Notes under the pieces: model-generated
What the model saw: the letters and a program-made list of their open reading frames with translations, nothing else
Database searches by the model: none
Told to the model about the DNA's origin: nothing
Assembly (NCBI GenBank): GCA_965249555.1
Contig: OZ252243.1
Span: forward strand, 800,001-864,000
Reading direction: 5' to 3'
Length of the DNA stretch: 64,000 bases
Source of the DNA: Nitrosopumilus sp.
GTDB lineage: Archaea > Thermoproteota > Nitrososphaeria > Nitrososphaerales > Nitrosopumilaceae
Shown: positions 61,315-64,000 of the stretch, in pieces
How the letters are laid out: every line of letters starts with the position of its first letter
How positions within the stretch are numbered: the stretch's first letter is position 1
Program-made: the position numbers and the translations under genes

Positions 61315-61962
61315 ATGACTAGAGCAATTGTTCTTGGCGGCTCAAGAGGAATAGGAAAAGCAATTTCAGAATCACTAAAATCCATAGAAATTGATGTTTT
61401 TGCAGCTTCCAAAGATGATATTGATACATCAGACTTGAATAGTGTAAAAAAATTTCTAGAAACACACAATCAAACAGACATTCTAGTTCTAAACACAGGA
61501 GGTCCTGCTCCAAAGCAATTCTCAACTATTACTGAAGATGATTGGAAACTGTATCACAATCAGTTATTTTTGGGATTTTGTACTATTTTGCAGAATATCA
61601 AAATTAATGATGGAGGTTACATCTTTTTGATTAGCTCAAACGTAATTAAAGAACCAAATCCAAAACTGATAATTTCTTCTGCATATCGTGCTGCATTTAG
61701 TGAGGTTTTTAAAATTTTAAGCAAAGAGTATGCTGGAAAAGATATCAGCTGTATCAATATTGCACCAGGCCCAATCAATACAGACAGAACTAGAGAATTA
61801 GTTGAAAATGTTGAAGAGTTCAAAAAATCTCTACCTATGAAAAGGTTGGGAGAACCAGAAGAGATTGGAAACTTTGTAAAAGCAATAATTGAGAATAAAA
61901 TAAAGTATCTTTCAGGGGTTGTGATTAATTTTGATGGTGCCAATTCTAATTACATATTCTAA
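61315..61962 (+). CDS. short-chain dehydrogenase/reductase
   Basis: GGSRGIG, LNTGGP and PGPINT motifs. Confidence 0.92.
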   Translation: MTRAIVLGGSRGIGKAISESLKSIEIDVFAASKDDIDTSDLNSVKKFLETHNQTDILVLNTGGPAPKQFSTITEDDWKLYHNQLFLGFCTILQNIKINDGGYIFLISSNVIKEPNPKLIISSAYRAAFSEVFKILSKEYAGKDISCINIAPGPINTDRTRELVENVEEFKKSLPMKRLGEPEEIGNFVKAIIENKIKYLSGVVINFDGANSNYIF

Positions 61963-62008
61963 AAGCAACAATCTAAGAAGTTATTAGGACTGATAACATT
62001 TGTAAAAT

Positions 62009-62407
62009 ATGACAGAATGGAGTACGCTTCGAGCTAGATTTCCTGATGATGAATACGATGAAATTGAGAGAATTAAGGAAAAGTATGGATTAAGTTTTAA
62101 TGAAATTATTCGTTCGGGGGTAAAATTCTATGTAGGTTTAACTTTGGCAAAAGAGTTAGTCGCAGATGCATTAGAGGAAAAAGATATCAAAATTGGTGGA
62201 AAGAATATTGGTGAAATTTTGAACAGTCCTGATTATCAACGAAATATTGAACAGAAAATTTCAAAGTTGGTAAAAATTTTGATTTGGGAATTTTTTGAAA
62301 AAGGGATGGACTTTAGAGAAAAAACAAAATCAATTAGAAAACAACGTAAGGTAGGTAGACCTAAACAAGAAAAAAAAGTTGGCAGGCCTAAACAAGGATT
62401 AGATTAA
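62009..62407 (+). CDS. putative DNA-binding protein (RHH-like N-terminus, KVGRPK x2 tail)
   Basis: STLRARF..DE...I......SFNEIIR and two GRP motifs. Confidence 0.6.
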   Translation: MTEWSTLRARFPDDEYDEIERIKEKYGLSFNEIIRSGVKFYVGLTLAKELVADALEEKDIKIGGKNIGEILNSPDYQRNIEQKISKLVKILIWEFFEKGMDFREKTKSIRKQRKVGRPKQEKKVGRPKQGLD

Positions 62408-62409
62408 AA

Positions 62410-63048
62410 TTATTTTTTAAATTCAACATTTGGTATATCAGGTTGTCCTGCAATGGCAATTAATCCACCCTCACGTAGTTGTTGGAGTAATTGCATTACC
62501 TCTTTTTCTACTTGGTTTCTTTGTAATCCTGTTTGTTTGGCAAACACTTCAACTAGTTCGGTGACTTTACGTTGACCGTTACAAGACTTCCAAAAGTCTA
62601 CAATTGCTTGGTTTACCATAAAGCCTTGTTCATGTTCATTTGCCAAGACCATAGAACCGTCTTCTTGCTGAACCAGTTTTCCAACACCTTGAGGTAATGC
62701 AGTTTCATAGTTAATTGGGGCAGGAGTATTCAGTCCAGCACCCATGTTTTTGATTTTGATTTTAGCCTCTTCTGACATTTTATCCATTGACCATGGAGGA
62801 TCCCATACAATGTCTACATTGACATTGTTAACTCCCGGAACTTTTTTGACATATCTTGTTGCATCTTGAACCAAAGTTTCATGTAGTGGGCAACCTTGTG
62901 TGGTCATTGTCATTTTGATATTAACGTCATTGTTTTCTGCAACATCAATTCCATAGATTAATCCCATTTCTACAATATTTAGTGGAACTTCAGGATCCAT
63001 GCATTGTTTTAGAGAATCTTCAATTGCTTGTGCAGAAACTGTACTCAT
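62410..63048 (-). CDS. DUF59/FeS assembly protein fused to a PqqD-like domain
   Basis: DPEVPLNIVEMGLIY, TTQGCP and PPW motifs, with a C-terminal wHTH-like segment. Confidence 0.85.
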   Translation of the reverse strand: MSTVSAQAIEDSLKQCMDPEVPLNIVEMGLIYGIDVAENNDVNIKMTMTTQGCPLHETLVQDATRYVKKVPGVNNVNVDIVWDPPWSMDKMSEEAKIKIKNMGAGLNTPAPINYETALPQGVGKLVQQEDGSMVLANEHEQGFMVNQAIVDFWKSCNGQRKVTELVEVFAKQTGLQRNQVEKEVMQLLQQLREGGLIAIAGQPDIPNVEFKK

Positions 63049-63087
63049 ATTGTAAATTGCAGTTTAAAAAACAATAAAAACTTTCTA

Positions 63088-64000
63088 TTAGTTAGCTTCG
63101 AATAATTTTTTTATAGATTCTTCATATGGTGCCTTTGCAATACCTTTCTCAGTAATTATACCTGAAATTAGTTCAGGAGGAGTCATATCAAACGCTGGAT
63201 TTATCACATTAATATCATCAGGAGCGGTCTTTTTATCACCTATTCCTGTGACTTCGGTTCCTTTTCTCATCTCAATAATTACATCCTCTGCTTTGCTTTC
63301 CATATCAATGGTAGATAGTGGGGCTGCAACATAAAATGGAATCCCGTGTTGTTTTGCCATGGTTGCTACTTGATATGTTCCAATTTTGTTAAAGACATGA
63401 CCTGTTTTTACAATTCTATCAGCGCCAACAACTACTTTGTTGACCAATCCATTTGCCATGCTATAACCTACGGCAGTATCAGGAATTAGACTGACATCAA
63501 AGCCATCATGTTTTAATTCAAAAGCAGTTAATCTTGAACCCTGTTGAATTGGTCTAGTTTCAGTAGCTATTACTTTGATGTTTTTTCCACTCTCTCTGGT
63601 TGCACGAATGACACCCAAAGCTGTACCATAAGCAACAGTAGCTAATGCACCTGCATTACAGTGAGTCATTATTGTATCATTGTCATCAAAAAGAACTGAT
63701 CCATTTTTTCCCATGGTTTTGTTTATTTCAATATCATCATCAGCCATTTTTTTGGCTTTAGAAATAACCAATTCTCTAATTTGTTCAACTGAATCTCCTG
63801 ATTTTGCAACATTCATGATTTTTTTTAATCCCCATCCTAAATTTACTGCAGTAGGTCTTGTCTCAAAGAGAATTTTCTTTGCTTTTTCTAAATCAGATAA
63901 TAATTCTTCTTTTGTAGTTGCATTACTCTGTAAAACTGCCAATGCTAATCCAAAAGCTCCTGATACACCAATTGCAGGTGCTCCTCGAACCACTAAAGTA
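63088..64000 (-). CDS. mtnA: methylthioribose-1-phosphate isomerase (5' end outside window)
   Basis: VRGAPAIG, RPTAVNL, THCNAGALAT, ETRP and NPAFD motifs. Confidence 0.93.
   Translation of the reverse strand, partial: TLVVRGAPAIGVSGAFGLALAVLQSNATTKEELLSDLEKAKKILFETRPTAVNLGWGLKKIMNVAKSGDSVEQIRELVISKAKKMADDDIEINKTMGKNGSVLFDDNDTIMTHCNAGALATVAYGTALGVIRATRESGKNIKVIATETRPIQQGSRLTAFELKHDGFDVSLIPDTAVGYSMANGLVNKVVVGADRIVKTGHVFNKIGTYQVATMAKQHGIPFYVAAPLSTIDMESKAEDVIIEMRKGTEVTGIGDKKTAPDDINVINPAFDMTPPELISGIITEKGIAKAPYEESIKKLFEAN

Overview
AT-rich archaeal chromosome segment. It resembles a Nitrosopumilus-type ammonia-oxidising archaeon (Nitrososphaerota), based on the 4-hydroxybutyryl-CoA dehydratase plus ADP-forming acyl-CoA ligase of the 3HP/4HB cycle, a cox cluster with cupredoxin, npdG, Sm1-rpl37e and archaeal tRNAs. 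Core genes are interrupted by five accessory regions. (i) An OLD-like ATPase-TOPRIM gene lies behind tRNA-Ala. (ii) A ~2 kb insertion carrying a 13x30-bp repeat protein splits an RNase HI gene. (iii) A ~1 kb insertion sits at tRNA-Val. (iv) An ~11 kb defence/TA island ends at tRNA-Lys (ParB remnant, Fic, YwgA/DarG-C-like wHTH + atypical thymidylate-synthase homolog + MUG glycosylase + SNase, HEPN, IS630, HipA-DUF3037). (v) A 9.6 kb composite transposon-like unit (51446-61014) has arms made of a DDE IS carrying a nested IS110, and cargo of HerA + NurA-like + adenine MTase + nucleotidyl-cyclase-like genes. The IS110 left end folds into a bridge-RNA-like structure whose guide segments match the site in the DDE transposase gene where it sits. 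All product calls come from motif recognition by eye; no searches were run.
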